A stretch of DNA of 44,717 nucleotides from a virus (taxonomy: Duplodnaviria; Caudoviricetes). The notes beneath the pieces were generated by a model, which saw nothing but the letters and a program-made list of their open reading frames with translations, searched no databases and was not told where the DNA came from. A program made the translations under genes and the position numbers. The number at the start of each line of letters is the position of its first letter. Positions within the stretch are counted from its first letter, which is position 1. The DNA is taken from the IMG/VR virus record IMGVR_UViG_3300016466_000173, positions 1 to 44,717 of that record. One strand, given 5' to 3'. Below, one piece after another: positions 12,601 through 20,312 of the stretch.

Positions 12601-14805
12601 AACAGGATGGATGAGAAATCAAAGGTTGGTTACTTCTTTGAGATGGCTAACTTAGATGCTATGGCGAATAGCATACCCGGAATTACTAAAGGGTACAAAC
12701 AGATTCGCAATATGCTTCAGACAGGAATCCATACGTTTACTATCAAAGGTCAGGAGCAGATATATAATGCAGACAAACTGCTTCGCATCTACGCCTTGTC
12801 ATTGAATGATGTGCAGCGTGAGAAGTTAAAGCAGATGGGTTGGGATGATGCTCAGATACAGAAGATTAAAGATATCGTTGGTCCTGAGCCTATTGAGTTC
12901 GCAAACAAGTTGGTTGAATACTTCAGCAATGATTACTACGAGTCAATCAATAACGTATACTCTCACGTCAATGATGTGAATCTTGGGTACATACCAAACT
13001 ACTTCCCGACAATCACACAGTCTCAGAAGGTAAGTGCTAAGTTATTGGAAGATGGTGACTTCAATGGAATCTTCAATGCTGAGACTGCTCCTGCACTGAA
13101 AGAACGTAGTGACACTTCAGGGCTTATTGAATTGAACTATGACTTCTCTGATGTGGTAGAGAGTCACTTCGTAACAATGGAGAAGTATAAGGCATACGCT
13201 GAGGGTGTAAAAGAATTGAATGCAATCTTCCAAAACCCTGCGTTCAATGTACTTCTTGAGGAGTCAGGATTGAAGACCGTTGTTAAGCGTTCAGTAAACT
13301 TTGCTATTACTCCGAATGCCGGACAGAAAGAAGAGCAGACTGCACTTGGTAAACTGATGACTAAGTTCACCGGGTTTGCACTTGCATTCAAAGCGGTTCA
13401 AGTTGTTAAACAGGCTACTTCATTCGTCAATGCATACGAGGACTATAGTTATTTCCCTGCTGATTCAAGAGTACCATCAGTTATAAAAGGTCCAATCGAC
13501 CTTATGATGTTTATGGTTGACAGTGCAAAGGTTATTGCAACTATGCCAAAGCAGGTGCGTAAAGCATACGGTATGTCAGCAAATATCCGTGACCGTTTAT
13601 TGAAAGGTATTCAGGGAGATGTATATGGTCTTGAGTCAGGCTCAAATGTATTCTCTCCTATAGACAAGCGTACTGATATATGGGCACGTGCAGTACGTGC
13701 ATTCAGAACGGGTGCTGCCGGACCTACAGTTCTCGGTGACATACTTGGTGTAATGGGATATATGGTTAACTATAACCGCAACATTGCAAACGGTATGAGC
13801 GAGGCTGATGCATTAGAAGCATTCAACGATTATAACGCAACTGCTCAAAGCCGAAGGGGTACTGAGAAAATATCTCTGCAACAAAACAGTACAGAGTTGG
13901 CTCGTGCATTCACAATGTTTGGTAGCACTACATTCCTTCAGATAAACAAGGTTCTTGCTGCACAGACAAATATGTTCCGTGCACTGAAACAAGGTCAGAT
14001 GCCAAGTGCTAAAGACATTCGTGCATTTGCTATCAACCTTGGTATTGCTAACGCATTATTCGTAGGTGTATCAAATCTTGCCAAGTTTATTAAGGGTGAT
14101 GACGATGACCGTGAAGAAGTGCTGAAGCAAATGGGCAAGGCTTTGGTTGGTCTTAACCTTATCGAGTCAATACCTTTAATTGGTGCAGCAGTTGAAACTG
14201 CATTGGCTGATATTGAGGGAGAGAAAACAAGAGGCGGTGACAATGTGGTTAATCCGTATATGCAGGTGTACAAAAAAATGAAACGTGCATCTGAGGAAGA
14301 AGTGGGATTCAAGTCAGTGCAGCCTTTGATAGAGATTGTTATCGGTGCACAGGTTGACCCATTCATTGGTCTATACAATGGTGTGGCAGATGGGTTTGAT
14401 GAAGAGGCTATCTATGATTTGCTTGGTATCAGCAAGTCGTACCGTCCAACACAGGAGAAAGAGAAAGCACCACCTAAAGAAAAACCTATGGGCAAGGAAG
14501 ATATGAAACGATACTTCCCTGAAATGTACGAGCAATTGTATGGTCCCGGTGGTGCACTTGAAGAGACAGAAGAGTTCAGACTCGAACAAGAAAGAATCGA
14601 GAGAGAGCAACTCAAGCGAGAAAAGGACCTGATGTATGGATATGAAGAGTCTAATGGTGGTACTGTATGGAGTAAAGAGAAAAAGAAAAGAGGCAAAAAG
14701 GAAGAGTCGGGTACTATATGGGGTGAGAAAGATAGTAAAGGCGGTACAGTTTGGGATGAGAAAAATACTAAAGGTGGAACAGTATGGGGAGAAAAAGAAA
14801 AGTGA
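3670..14805 (+). CDS. Giant (3711 aa) polyvalent-type virion/ejection protein
   Basis: Two copies of an FRxVHDxFGH..FGPIGEENA..TRGQNS domain, a GNAT-like CFDTILPDYY..GRPDVVFM segment, a HEFGH zincin motif, a G/A-rich hydrophobic stretch and C-terminal GGTVW repeats. Confidence 0.8.
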   Translation: MDELRKLYDALIRDGYYTKSFEEFQKQFQDTSYQDKVYGVVSRDGLFTKPKDDFLKQYAVGPAKPIIEPLKKKEEPTLSDIQSGYTDMASSSEGGSSVSSGTKGDPNDPNWGWEDDEPKPYQRTFIPQFEKRPIVTQDNTYVAKPIDMVGMKRYQEYQQQTKALLEQAKKEERAKAQEEEQIFKSQNLAAIKDEQFQKYLADVNANLIDKSEEEVVPELNRRFSAYGFHFEEAAPGADAMYVRTSDGKHELYIDLDPFTTATEVVESKKLRDFINLYARGKEEEKSEDYIGKAVRAQKMRNVGMRNDDGTYSTVKFASFEQDGKYFVVPTLFPKDPNATYTTNKKDWMELPLEEAIAEARKRGELFQFDNDKEAKEFAEGDWKDVNAFDIEGQKFYKEKGLDYYAEKKKYKNYIQLQDELDLIDKILEGESITPEEKMNNPRYFAKDMRRLYTNEMLEQKREEVLKKKDNLLEQVYDLEFMGIDEGNVQKTREDFDLVLGKRQNEIAGEAIKVNAAAKQEYEALNQTALSVYNVPIDKISTIVPKTPQDAENIKNLTSQLVKVKAAQNTAATKFEIAKTYYDAKWNKGINSEYEENWSGFVTSVSDAWNNGQAAEQILLLTLGVKDAANVKDRQEAARLIVENLSDVSGKQSRVLTRTNLARDGEFLKAVLSDPLEAISTLTATSLTQMLPYGSYIVSSAAAAGTAAGAAAGLAGGPFAEVTVPGGAVTGLGYGLRTGMAATMFAMEYTNSILDVMREKGYDLMDPAQVEAALSDETVWAEGGERGTLRGVPIAVVDFLSAGLAGKVFKTSKLASVPVRVGAQVAERALFDPAAEAAGEYLAQTVAGQDIDFKEIAYEALGGLGSNTSHMAVNLYKEARNNSNTALAYELTDINRVARESVSDERISQWANNMHQLGKIDADVNQRIQANVGLRREARELVSVGRASRLLGDGKKVEARVMELLAARNELSATQNRREINRNKISQINQEIATISESKKLLPENKEVAGDGVSTAVNLDAILGTTREGVSRFVISGKTLTREQFLKELDNMSNRRLLRAPVFVDNDEEAQKLYEQKVKDAIQKQSPSQVSVQSEAGVSETVEERKPETKPEVATQKDFQKEIDAIEERRKKELSDYSEDQLDEIYSIGDTKRTIRDFVNAKYDKEIADLKPSAAVTTEEVTQAEEDLVSSKTRLDELAEAIPQRIDYTEEDITNFDTLEEDKAKGIITALAEKINDGTKLTPVERSLYDANKAQVDEVSGLVAERTAIQEEVADLEALISESQPTRAELTDEQIVEYAPDEDVRDKNNDVLLKALQSKNVSPQAEPIVTDLGDVVVFEYNNFDENETRTRLTFKKKADGTIISRGVKVERSTGDIRGTDLFKNYVESQRRKRRAEFRAEEVLAETTLPPNETSDFNRGVAEVKKNAEEYRKLKNIKRIPNPAQKSLFTIVSEMMAKAYEKVLNKPNDAIVKKAYDAMIEETLQQYDFIVSKGLKVVRHTGKGEPYANSNEMLKDLRDNNTLKFLPNDVAFGQDVTAATDNIGLQPSGRKLPDGYEMTNSEVFRVVHDYFGHGILGNQFGPIGEENATLQHLDLYSDIAAPAVIYQTRGQNSWVNFSGENSRANELRKQARELKKQGKEKEANLLLEEADKIFKFAEPKIGLFPNIFNFKRYESARRIRDKQILDNRPNKRNSDLPDLLAAYSNRSRSTRGVNKRDIRETKTIRGFSLNVIAEYKLDNRIERGIKKAFPLFKGVQKIYEITDGDKYRQMMIDALKDNPYGSSATIYSAEDFSKMRLFITEDGSTGFTLREDGFLGGGFSDPKFNRPQNIAQLLILGIKEGGTTVECFDTILPDYYSYFGLKAVSRNTFNDEYRPKESSGTAVKDWDYQTYRNFNNGRPDVVFMIYDGGDRNTIEDRLGIFDEYKNYEKDNTKSFDSYDDAEEFMKQEAVKRLELDFEQSTDTTKLKEDGKKITKPGNRLFNQSIPEVSEIADRYFQGAFGRQRPQFYGTRSIDKERAKRISDAFKRLVDNPTAPNVKRAYEAMARETIEQYKFMLDAGYFVEINNEEPYGNSNEMIEDLRTNKRMKIFSTESGFGDEKITPEQRDRNVLLRESGFYDVNGQPLLVNDLFRAVHDFFGHAELGNSFGPIGEENAWNVHARMYSPLARQAMTTETRGQNSFVNFSGVNERVEAMRQEAANLRNQGKLAEAEALVGKIYEEISFAEQKQGILPEEFWTVDTDDIGDAEFIPNTNLSIDTKESNVQNGLTQQEFISAASNGNMSNATKLANFLNTAFPSVTISTDKVSFDNVMAQVGTEIYMRGNLIVYGVTVDGDIYINPDVHNSESALFNTTIHEFGHVWTDYLQGSKKGKAIYARGVEVIQEAIANDENVKKIFYAQMNKYSGDRARAINETMAILIGNKGEEIVNESVKNKFKEWLLDVWKFIKDNFKMSKDLSEEEIQNLTLDGFIQTALADIFSGSEISLTDVQKKTLKNPDAMFSSTQSMQSIIQQARANGFSDAAIKQVLLNRGFKASDINNALVVQIDVTTDLPREFANVQGGVQKGYQLFTEVRAELQRFAHMGPRGGIRRERTKTWSEIREKAIELLKANPIYQAQSDTVQMELISAFDRTLNTSANTNVTRQISAIRNNLRQRKIGAKELQQAKIAVKNLIRSVLPKSDMYSQAQINKLISIISNATEASILSDTEKVMKIVEQQRGKMKKSVLKKMIELVNKKAKPAMTTTGKRRSRGLDPEGQAFFAQVKPIIRAVINDDVQFLSDMAAELAQADADGSINEAILKQNRGEKLTTQEQALLNKAYAYDTFGDLMTMELEEVEQLLAELQDARAESLRRLKTRREVRAMRYDALSQQATAQVSELNPELFVEETVEVTLPNGDVETITVVRPKSRNELVQDRAAIRRAFQSGKIWSGFKQLVARWDYTTITGVKDFIRKRILHLGSMMNLFDNDAQGMTFFRDNVYRPLNRMDEKSKVGYFFEMANLDAMANSIPGITKGYKQIRNMLQTGIHTFTIKGQEQIYNADKLLRIYALSLNDVQREKLKQMGWDDAQIQKIKDIVGPEPIEFANKLVEYFSNDYYESINNVYSHVNDVNLGYIPNYFPTITQSQKVSAKLLEDGDFNGIFNAETAPALKERSDTSGLIELNYDFSDVVESHFVTMEKYKAYAEGVKELNAIFQNPAFNVLLEESGLKTVVKRSVNFAITPNAGQKEEQTALGKLMTKFTGFALAFKAVQVVKQATSFVNAYEDYSYFPADSRVPSVIKGPIDLMMFMVDSAKVIATMPKQVRKAYGMSANIRDRLLKGIQGDVYGLESGSNVFSPIDKRTDIWARAVRAFRTGAAGPTVLGDILGVMGYMVNYNRNIANGMSEADALEAFNDYNATAQSRRGTEKISLQQNSTELARAFTMFGSTTFLQINKVLAAQTNMFRALKQGQMPSAKDIRAFAINLGIANALFVGVSNLAKFIKGDDDDREEVLKQMGKALVGLNLIESIPLIGAAVETALADIEGEKTRGGDNVVNPYMQVYKKMKRASEEEVGFKSVQPLIEIVIGAQVDPFIGLYNGVADGFDEEAIYDLLGISKSYRPTQEKEKAPPKEKPMGKEDMKRYFPEMYEQLYGPGGALEETEEFRLEQERIEREQLKREKDLMYGYEESNGGTVWSKEKKKRGKKEESGTIWGEKDSKGGTVWDEKNTKGGTVWGEKEK
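6905..7036 (+). CDS. Nested +1-frame small basic protein MPFKSKAQVKFLYSQKPELAKRWRKENPKQNLKSLPKKISKKK (43 aa)
   Basis: ATG after A-rich leader CAAAAAGTAAAAG; resembles small MPFKSxAQ..PE.AKRW phage proteins (from recall, not searched); the main frame is a low-complexity linker here. Confidence 0.65.
   Translation: MPFKSKAQVKFLYSQKPELAKRWRKENPKQNLKSLPKKISKKK
7231..7246. repeat. 16-bp palindromic motif copy 2 (GTGTCTTCAAAGACAC), intragenic
   Basis: Exact copy; read as V-S-S-K-T. Confidence 0.95.
8602..8632 (+). promoter_or_regulatory. Putative internal Bacteroidetes promoter (TTG-N20-TAAATTTG) inside the giant gene
   Basis: Consensus -33/-7 boxes with 20-nt spacing, 48 nt upstream of the nested ORF at 8681. 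Confidence 0.45.
8681..8851 (+). CDS. Nested +1-frame small protein MNQREELETNKSLTIDQINEILTYPTYWQPILTEAVQRGESIKETYERLKPLEDLV (56 aa)
   Basis: Globular-looking composition while the main frame becomes abnormally R/S/N-rich; AT-rich leader and upstream promoter-like motif. Confidence 0.55.
   Translation: MNQREELETNKSLTIDQINEILTYPTYWQPILTEAVQRGESIKETYERLKPLEDLV
9569..9748 (+). CDS. Nested +1-frame small ORF MAKKLLSPATDSSISLSRKFRKLRIDISKEPLG... (59 aa)
   Basis: ATGGCAAAAAAA start after an A-rich leader (ACAACAAAACTAAAAGAAG), in an interdomain linker. Confidence 0.4.
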   Translation: MAKKLLSPATDSSISLSRKFRKLRIDISKEPLGDNVLSSMAQGQSTKKEPKESQMPLKD

Positions 14806-14825
14806 GTGTCTTCAAAGACACTCAC
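14802..14825. repeat. 16-bp palindromic motif copy 3, extended to GTGAGTGTCTT-CA-AAGACACTCAC at the convergent gene junction
   Basis: Core at 14806-14821 fills the gap exactly between two convergent TGA stop codons. Confidence 0.95.
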
Positions 14826-15214
14826 ACATATCTTACGTACTTAAAGGCTTTCTGTTTGTCGAAGTAAACGATAAGTTCATCGGATGCAGTGACGTGTCTT
14901 ACTTCTCCAACAATGTCTTTTAGTTTACCGTACACAATACCATCGTCACACGCCCATACAATAGTTGGGTTCAGTCTCTTGCGAAAAAGTTTTGTCATCT
15001 CCTCCAAAGAAATCTTAAGCGGATAGGCTCTGCTTATGTTCTTCAGAGTTGGTATCACATCAATGTAGGCAATAAGTTTACCATCCTTATCAAACACTTT
15101 GAAGTCAACATCTGTTGGCGATAGTTTCTCATATGTTCCTTTGAAGATTGATACAAACTTTTCTATGGCTTTTGATTTTCTTATTTGGTCAGGGTTAAAA
15201 CTTTTTGTCTCCAT
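14822..15214 (-). CDS. Hypothetical protein, possibly a degenerate PD-(D/E)XK fold
   Basis: 130 aa; DVDFKVFDKDGKLIAYIDV segment; last gene of the - strand operon. Confidence 0.6.
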   Translation of the reverse strand: METKSFNPDQIRKSKAIEKFVSIFKGTYEKLSPTDVDFKVFDKDGKLIAYIDVIPTLKNISRAYPLKISLEEMTKLFRKRLNPTIVWACDDGIVYGKLKDIVGEVRHVTASDELIVYFDKQKAFKYVRYV

Positions 15215-15479
15215 TGTCTCTTAGGTATTCAAGATATTCAATTGCAGCCTCAACTTCATCCTGAAAGTATTGGTACTCACGGTCAACAAGATGCTCATAC
15301 ACATCGTTGAGACATTGGTGAATACGGTTTACATATACGAGAATATCTCTTGCACGTTTTACTTCACGCTCCCTTGATTCGGTAGAACTAATAACCACAT
15401 CCTGAATTATAGTTGCAGTGTTATCTGCAACATCAAAGTTCAGTGTTAGTTGTTTGACGTTATACTTCTTGATGGTCAT
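15195..15479 (-). CDS. Hypothetical protein
   Basis: 94 aa, overlaps neighbours in the operon. Confidence 0.65.
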   Translation of the reverse strand: MTIKKYNVKQLTLNFDVADNTATIIQDVVISSTESREREVKRARDILVYVNRIHQCLNDVYEHLVDREYQYFQDEVEAAIEYLEYLRDNGDKKF

Positions 15480-15876
15480 AACTTTTTTTAAGTTCTTCGT
15501 ACTTCAAATGTAGCGATGAAAGTTCTTCTCTCGTCTTTAAAAGTTCAACAATTAGTTCTTGCTTAGTATAATACTGTTCATTTATTGTTTCACCTCTGAA
15601 GATATCACTGCACATCTTGTATTTCTTTTTTAGTTCAGGTATATAGTGGATGGTGGTATCGAACAGTGAGCAGTAGTGTATTATTGTACTGTGGTCTTTT
15701 GCCAACAGGTCCCCAATCTGTGGGAAACTATATCCATTTTCTCTTAATATCTTGGCATAAACAATACGTGCATCTACTCTTTTTCTGCTCCTGTTCTTCA
15801 GCATTATGTCTAATCCAAAAACTTCTTCTATAATCTCTCTGAGTTCTCTTGCTTTTGCTATTTTATCTTTATGCAT
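15460..15876 (-). CDS. DnaA C-terminal (domain IV)-like HTH DNA-binding protein
   Basis: R.RKRVDARIV...GYSFPQIGDLLAKDHSTIIHY matches the Bac_DnaA_C signature. Confidence 0.8.
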   Translation of the reverse strand: MHKDKIAKARELREIIEEVFGLDIMLKNRSRKRVDARIVYAKILRENGYSFPQIGDLLAKDHSTIIHYCSLFDTTIHYIPELKKKYKMCSDIFRGETINEQYYTKQELIVELLKTREELSSLHLKYEELKKSYDHQEV

Positions 15877-16147
15877 TTTTGAAATAGTTGTTTTGATTTA
15901 TTGAATCTAAATACTCTTCCAATCCAATCTGTTCAATATCAAGTAGCACAGGGATATATCCTTCTTCGTTTAGGTATTCTAATTCAAAGAAGAAAGGTTT
16001 ATCACCTTTTACAACACCGCAAACTTTCTGAGGATATGCATCTTTAGTTGGTAGTTCATCAACATTATCTATTATCTGACTAAGTATATCATCAGAAATT
16101 TCCTGAGGAAGGTTTCCAATCTTTCTGTTGAACCATTCGTCCAACAT
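15869..16147 (-). CDS. Hypothetical acidic protein
   Basis: Start placed at MLDEW (16147), just after the VRR-NUC stop; start uncertain. Confidence 0.55.
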   Translation of the reverse strand: MLDEWFNRKIGNLPQEISDDILSQIIDNVDELPTKDAYPQKVCGVVKGDKPFFFELEYLNEEGYIPVLLDIEQIGLEEYLDSINQNNYFKNA

Positions 16148-16157
16148 AAACCTATTC

Positions 16158-16400
16158 TCATTCCCCTCTATAAACAATAACATCAATGTCATAATTCGAT
16201 ATTTCCTTTATGCGGTACTTCTGAAGGGCAGATAGCCTACCCTTTGGTGTCTTCACTTCTACGAATAGAACATCAGACCCCTTGGGTATGGCTATCAAAT
16301 CCGGGATTCCATTCTTGTTGGTCTTCGTCAACTTAATGACGTAGTATCCCTGCTCTTCAAGTTCTTTGATTTTCTTGGACTGTATTTGTTGTTCTGTCAT
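16158..16400 (-). CDS. VRR-NUC nuclease (Holliday junction resolvase-like)
   Basis: E..IQ..I, GIPDL, FVEVK..G.LS..Q motifs. Confidence 0.85.
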   Translation of the reverse strand: MTEQQIQSKKIKELEEQGYYVIKLTKTNKNGIPDLIAIPKGSDVLFVEVKTPKGRLSALQKYRIKEISNYDIDVIVYRGE

Positions 16401-16416
16401 ATCTGTGGATAACCTC

Positions 16417-17895
16417 CTACAATATTAACAAATCTCTTTTGAAATGTGATACAGTGTAATCCTTTTTTTTCGACACTGCTTTGTAGATAAGGTCCTCGAT
16501 TCCACCGTTTGCGAACACCCAATATATCTTGTTCTCAAGTCTATCCTTGGTGGTCATCCTATCCCGGCTCTGCCAATAACTTGTGGCACTGAAGTCGATG
16601 TTGTAGTATACAAGGCAGTCTGCTTTCTTCAAAGAGATTCCCTCACGTCCTGATACAATCTGCAAGGCTATGTTCTTATTGGTGTCTTCAAAGACACTGA
16701 GTTCTGTGGTTAGACTATCTCCAAACACCTGCTGCAGTGCACTGAGTTCTTCCTTGAACTTATAGAAGATTCCAATCTTCTGATATTTAAAACGCTCTTT
16801 AATGAACCTTGCTTTGCTCAAGTCTATAACCATTGAATTACCGCTCTCGAACTTAACTGTGCCACTGTATAGTTGGTGCAGTTTGCTCATAAGTTTGACG
16901 GGTGTGTCTGCTAAGATTGTTTCTTCTTTGCCTTCAATCACCAAGTCCTTCTGAAGTTTCTTTATCAGACCGAGAGTCTTGTCCTCAAGTTGAACCCTCA
17001 GTATTTCTTCAGTGGTCTTAACAACGAACCCTGCGTCCTGCTGAGACCAACGTATGGTATACGGAACCATTGCGTCAATGATTGTCTCATATCCGTGTGA
17101 GTAGTCGTTAATCATAACCCCATTTATTTTCTTCTGCTTCTTGTTCACGTAGTCATCAGCGAACCGATAGAAGTTTGAATACTTCTTGAATGGGTTATTA
17201 TAAATGCCATACACTTGATGATACATCTGAGAGTATGACTCAGGAGTTGGTGTCCCGGAAAGAAAGATGACACGGCTATTGTTCTTTCTAATTAAATCTC
17301 TAACCTGCATAGCCCGGAGACTTGGCTTTGGGAAAGCACCCATACTATGTGCCTCGTCACATATGATTACATCCCACTTTACATCAGGCAGTTTGTGGAT
17401 GCTCTCATAGTTCATAACGAATAGTACATACGATGGACAGAGTTTGTCGGAGTCGGCAGTAATTGAATCAATTGCCTTCTTCTTTGTCAGGAACAATACG
17501 TGCTCCACGTTTGGAAGGTTGTCACAGATACTAAGGCTTGTCAGAGTCTTCCCTGTTCTGACTTCCATCGCAAGGTACACAAAGGTGTGCTCGTTGATGA
17601 TTTCTGTTGCCCGTGAGACTATCTTCTCCTGATAGTCCCTCAATTCAATTTTATTATTCATTTCTTTTTCGTGTAAATTTTTGTAGTACTCAATACTGTT
17701 TCTTAATCTTTCAATTGTCTCTTTGTGAGTCGGGTGTTTCAGTACATTTTGAATAACATAGTCCTTGCCCCTGCCTACCTTAATCTCTTTTGTCTGAGTT
17801 ACAATCTCATATAAGATTTTGCATTGCTCAAGCATCATAAGATTAGAGTAGGCAGGTATGCGTTCAACTACATTCAGTCCGTTGTAGTCCATCAT
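16417..17895 (-). CDS. SNF2/SF2-family DNA helicase with an N-terminal extension
   Basis: LRDYQ, VRTGKT, DEAH, LSGTP, GREGISL and QSRDR motifs. Confidence 0.85.
   Translation of the reverse strand: MMDYNGLNVVERIPAYSNLMMLEQCKILYEIVTQTKEIKVGRGKDYVIQNVLKHPTHKETIERLRNSIEYYKNLHEKEMNNKIELRDYQEKIVSRATEIINEHTFVYLAMEVRTGKTLTSLSICDNLPNVEHVLFLTKKKAIDSITADSDKLCPSYVLFVMNYESIHKLPDVKWDVIICDEAHSMGAFPKPSLRAMQVRDLIRKNNSRVIFLSGTPTPESYSQMYHQVYGIYNNPFKKYSNFYRFADDYVNKKQKKINGVMINDYSHGYETIIDAMVPYTIRWSQQDAGFVVKTTEEILRVQLEDKTLGLIKKLQKDLVIEGKEETILADTPVKLMSKLHQLYSGTVKFESGNSMVIDLSKARFIKERFKYQKIGIFYKFKEELSALQQVFGDSLTTELSVFEDTNKNIALQIVSGREGISLKKADCLVYYNIDFSATSYWQSRDRMTTKDRLENKIYWVFANGGIEDLIYKAVSKKKDYTVSHFKRDLLIL
16682..16697. 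repeat. 16-bp palindromic motif copy 4, intragenic
   Basis: Exact copy inside the helicase gene (S-V-F-E-D-T). Confidence 0.95.
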
Positions 17896-20312
17896 AGTTC
17901 AAGGTTCTGCTGATAGTCTAACTCGCTTCTTCTGCGTATGCGAATCCATCTACCTTGTTGGTCTCGACCTTCTTCAGGAGGAACACCTTCCTTGAACATA
18001 CAATAAGACACCAACCACTTATAGAATCGGGTTCTGCTGATTGTCATCTTGGCTTTGGGTCCATAGTCAGGATACTCAGTAATGAACTCCACATAGAGGT
18101 CCTGCTTATACCTTCTCTCCCCCGGTTCAAGTAGACGGTTCGCTTCTCCATTGTCCACCAATCCACACCACTCGATGAAGTCGTGGCAAGTCTCGGCAGA
18201 TAGTTGACGAATCTTCAGGTTGACAAACTTAGACTTAACAAGTCCTGTATTCAGATAACCCTGCAGACAACCTATCATATAGTTATCGAACTGACACCAC
18301 TCATCATCATCCCAATCACCGAACATCAGTTTACCGAACTCATCGAGAGGCGTGAAGTTCTTTGAGTAGTACTGATGAAGTTCAAGTTCCCACTTCCTAC
18401 GTGCGAATGAATTACCTGCACCTTTGATAGCGTAGTTGGTAGTGATAGCAATCTTTGGTGACTTACTGAAAGGAATCTTAATTGCATCCTTGTTTTTCTT
18501 CTCAAGTGTCAGACCCTCAGTTACCACACTGAACAACCGCTCGAAGTCAAAGTGTTTCTTCACGTCATCGAACACAAGTATCTGTGTGTCTGCTGATACT
18601 AACTGATATGCAAATGACCTTTCAAATGTGAATGACTTACCATCAATTGTAACAACCTTCTTCATCTGAGACAGGGCATTCATAAACAATCCCTTACCTG
18701 TACCACCCTCAGGGTTGTCACTGATTACCTCATCATTCAGTATCACTGCAGGACAGTATGACAAGTTCTTATGTGCGTGTAGCAAGAACCCTATCGTTGA
18801 CTCCATAGATTGAACACGTGTATTGTCACTACCACATATGTTACTCACGAACTTTCTGAAGTTACAGTTGTCTGTTACACCGCAGTTAGAAAAGTTCCTG
18901 TCGATAACGTGGTCTTTCCATACGTAACCACCAAGGTCGAGATAGTCAATGGTGATTATCTCATCCTTGCTAATCTTTACTGCACAGTTGCGATAGTACA
19001 GATACGCTGAGTTCTTTGTGTCCTCAATGAAATAGATGTCAATGGTATTTAGCATTGACAAGAACTCTTCCTTAAAGAATCTCGTGTTGTCAGCGAAGTA
19101 GTTGTAAACTGCAGGGTCATCTAATTCCATAAGGTGACTCAGGACGAAGTCCTTTATCTCTTTGTCTGATGTATGGTCTATCAGATTGTTAGTGACCTTT
19201 ACGAATACATAGTTCTTACCACCCTCAGGACAATACTTATAGAACCCATTGTCTTCCAAGAAGTGCTTGAACAGAATGTGAACTATCTTCACAACACCTC
19301 TATCATTCTTTGTCCAAAATGTTTTCTTAGCATTGTCTTCCTCGATTTTGTTTAGGACTGCTTCAATGGTATCGGAGTCCAAGTCCGAGTCCTGCAACTG
19401 ACTCCGTACTTCCTTTTTTGATACACCCCTTCTTAGTTTGGCACGTATTGAATTGATACGCTCCTCGTCCTCGTAGTACTTAGTACCGAAGTTCTGAGTG
19501 CGTGAATACGCTGAGTCAATTGTTCTTGAGATTTCACTGATTGAGAAGTCATCACTTACGTATTGGTTAAGTATGTAAGAAGCAAGGCTTTTGTTTACAC
19601 CGAAGTCATTGAACGCAGATGCAAGTACAAATACATTTGCATTACGCTGACCTTCAACCATCGGATACTTCTTTGTCCACCACTTAACAAGAATCTCCAC
19701 TATCTTATTCTCATCTGTGATTGGAATAGTTGGTGCGTCTCTGTGTCTTGTTACCTCATTGTACTCAGGTTCCTCAATGGTGTCCCATACTGATGAGTTC
19801 TCATTGATGTATATCAGTGGGTCATATGACTCGTAACATACACGGCTGATGTTCTTAGATGTCTTGTCAAAGAACGGTGAATTGAAATACTTCTCAAGAC
19901 TATTGAAGTAGTTTGTGTGACCGTCAATGTCCTCAGGTATTTTTACCAACACCTTCAATCCGTTCCCGGATGGGCTGATGAATACTGAGTACACATACTT
20001 GTTCTTGCTCAGTGTCTCTTTGTCCTGTAGCAAATCCTTTTGTCTCTCGTACCCATCGAAGTCTAAGCATATCAAACCTGAGTGCTCGATGATTGCGTTG
20101 TCTGCCCTCTTGTTAAATGTTCCACTGAAGCAGATGGCAGGTAAGTCCTTCTTCAGTTCGTTCCGTTCAGGTTTACGCTTCTCATTGCGTATCTTCTTAA
20201 CGAGTTCCTTGGACGCTCCGTCCTTAATTCTCTCAAGTATGGTAAGCACTTCACGATGGAACGGTGTGCTTGTCTCCTTGATGTTTTGAAAGATTGTGAT
20301 TTTGTTTGGCAT
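17892..20312 (-). CDS. Primase-helicase (VirE-N/BT4734-like primase, PriCT, SF3-like P-loop)
   Basis: KKDLPAICFSG, GLICLDFD, FISPSGNGLK, GQRN, GGTGKG and FDD motifs. Confidence 0.85.
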   Translation of the reverse strand: MPNKITIFQNIKETSTPFHREVLTILERIKDGASKELVKKIRNEKRKPERNELKKDLPAICFSGTFNKRADNAIIEHSGLICLDFDGYERQKDLLQDKETLSKNKYVYSVFISPSGNGLKVLVKIPEDIDGHTNYFNSLEKYFNSPFFDKTSKNISRVCYESYDPLIYINENSSVWDTIEEPEYNEVTRHRDAPTIPITDENKIVEILVKWWTKKYPMVEGQRNANVFVLASAFNDFGVNKSLASYILNQYVSDDFSISEISRTIDSAYSRTQNFGTKYYEDEERINSIRAKLRRGVSKKEVRSQLQDSDLDSDTIEAVLNKIEEDNAKKTFWTKNDRGVVKIVHILFKHFLEDNGFYKYCPEGGKNYVFVKVTNNLIDHTSDKEIKDFVLSHLMELDDPAVYNYFADNTRFFKEEFLSMLNTIDIYFIEDTKNSAYLYYRNCAVKISKDEIITIDYLDLGGYVWKDHVIDRNFSNCGVTDNCNFRKFVSNICGSDNTRVQSMESTIGFLLHAHKNLSYCPAVILNDEVISDNPEGGTGKGLFMNALSQMKKVVTIDGKSFTFERSFAYQLVSADTQILVFDDVKKHFDFERLFSVVTEGLTLEKKNKDAIKIPFSKSPKIAITTNYAIKGAGNSFARRKWELELHQYYSKNFTPLDEFGKLMFGDWDDDEWCQFDNYMIGCLQGYLNTGLVKSKFVNLKIRQLSAETCHDFIEWCGLVDNGEANRLLEPGERRYKQDLYVEFITEYPDYGPKAKMTISRTRFYKWLVSYCMFKEGVPPEEGRDQQGRWIRIRRRSELDYQQNLEL

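Noticed and set aside
3670-14805. Giant ORF as a crAss-like virion RNA polymerase
   Set aside because: No DxDxD/DFDID catalytic motif recognised; promoters are of host sigma type.
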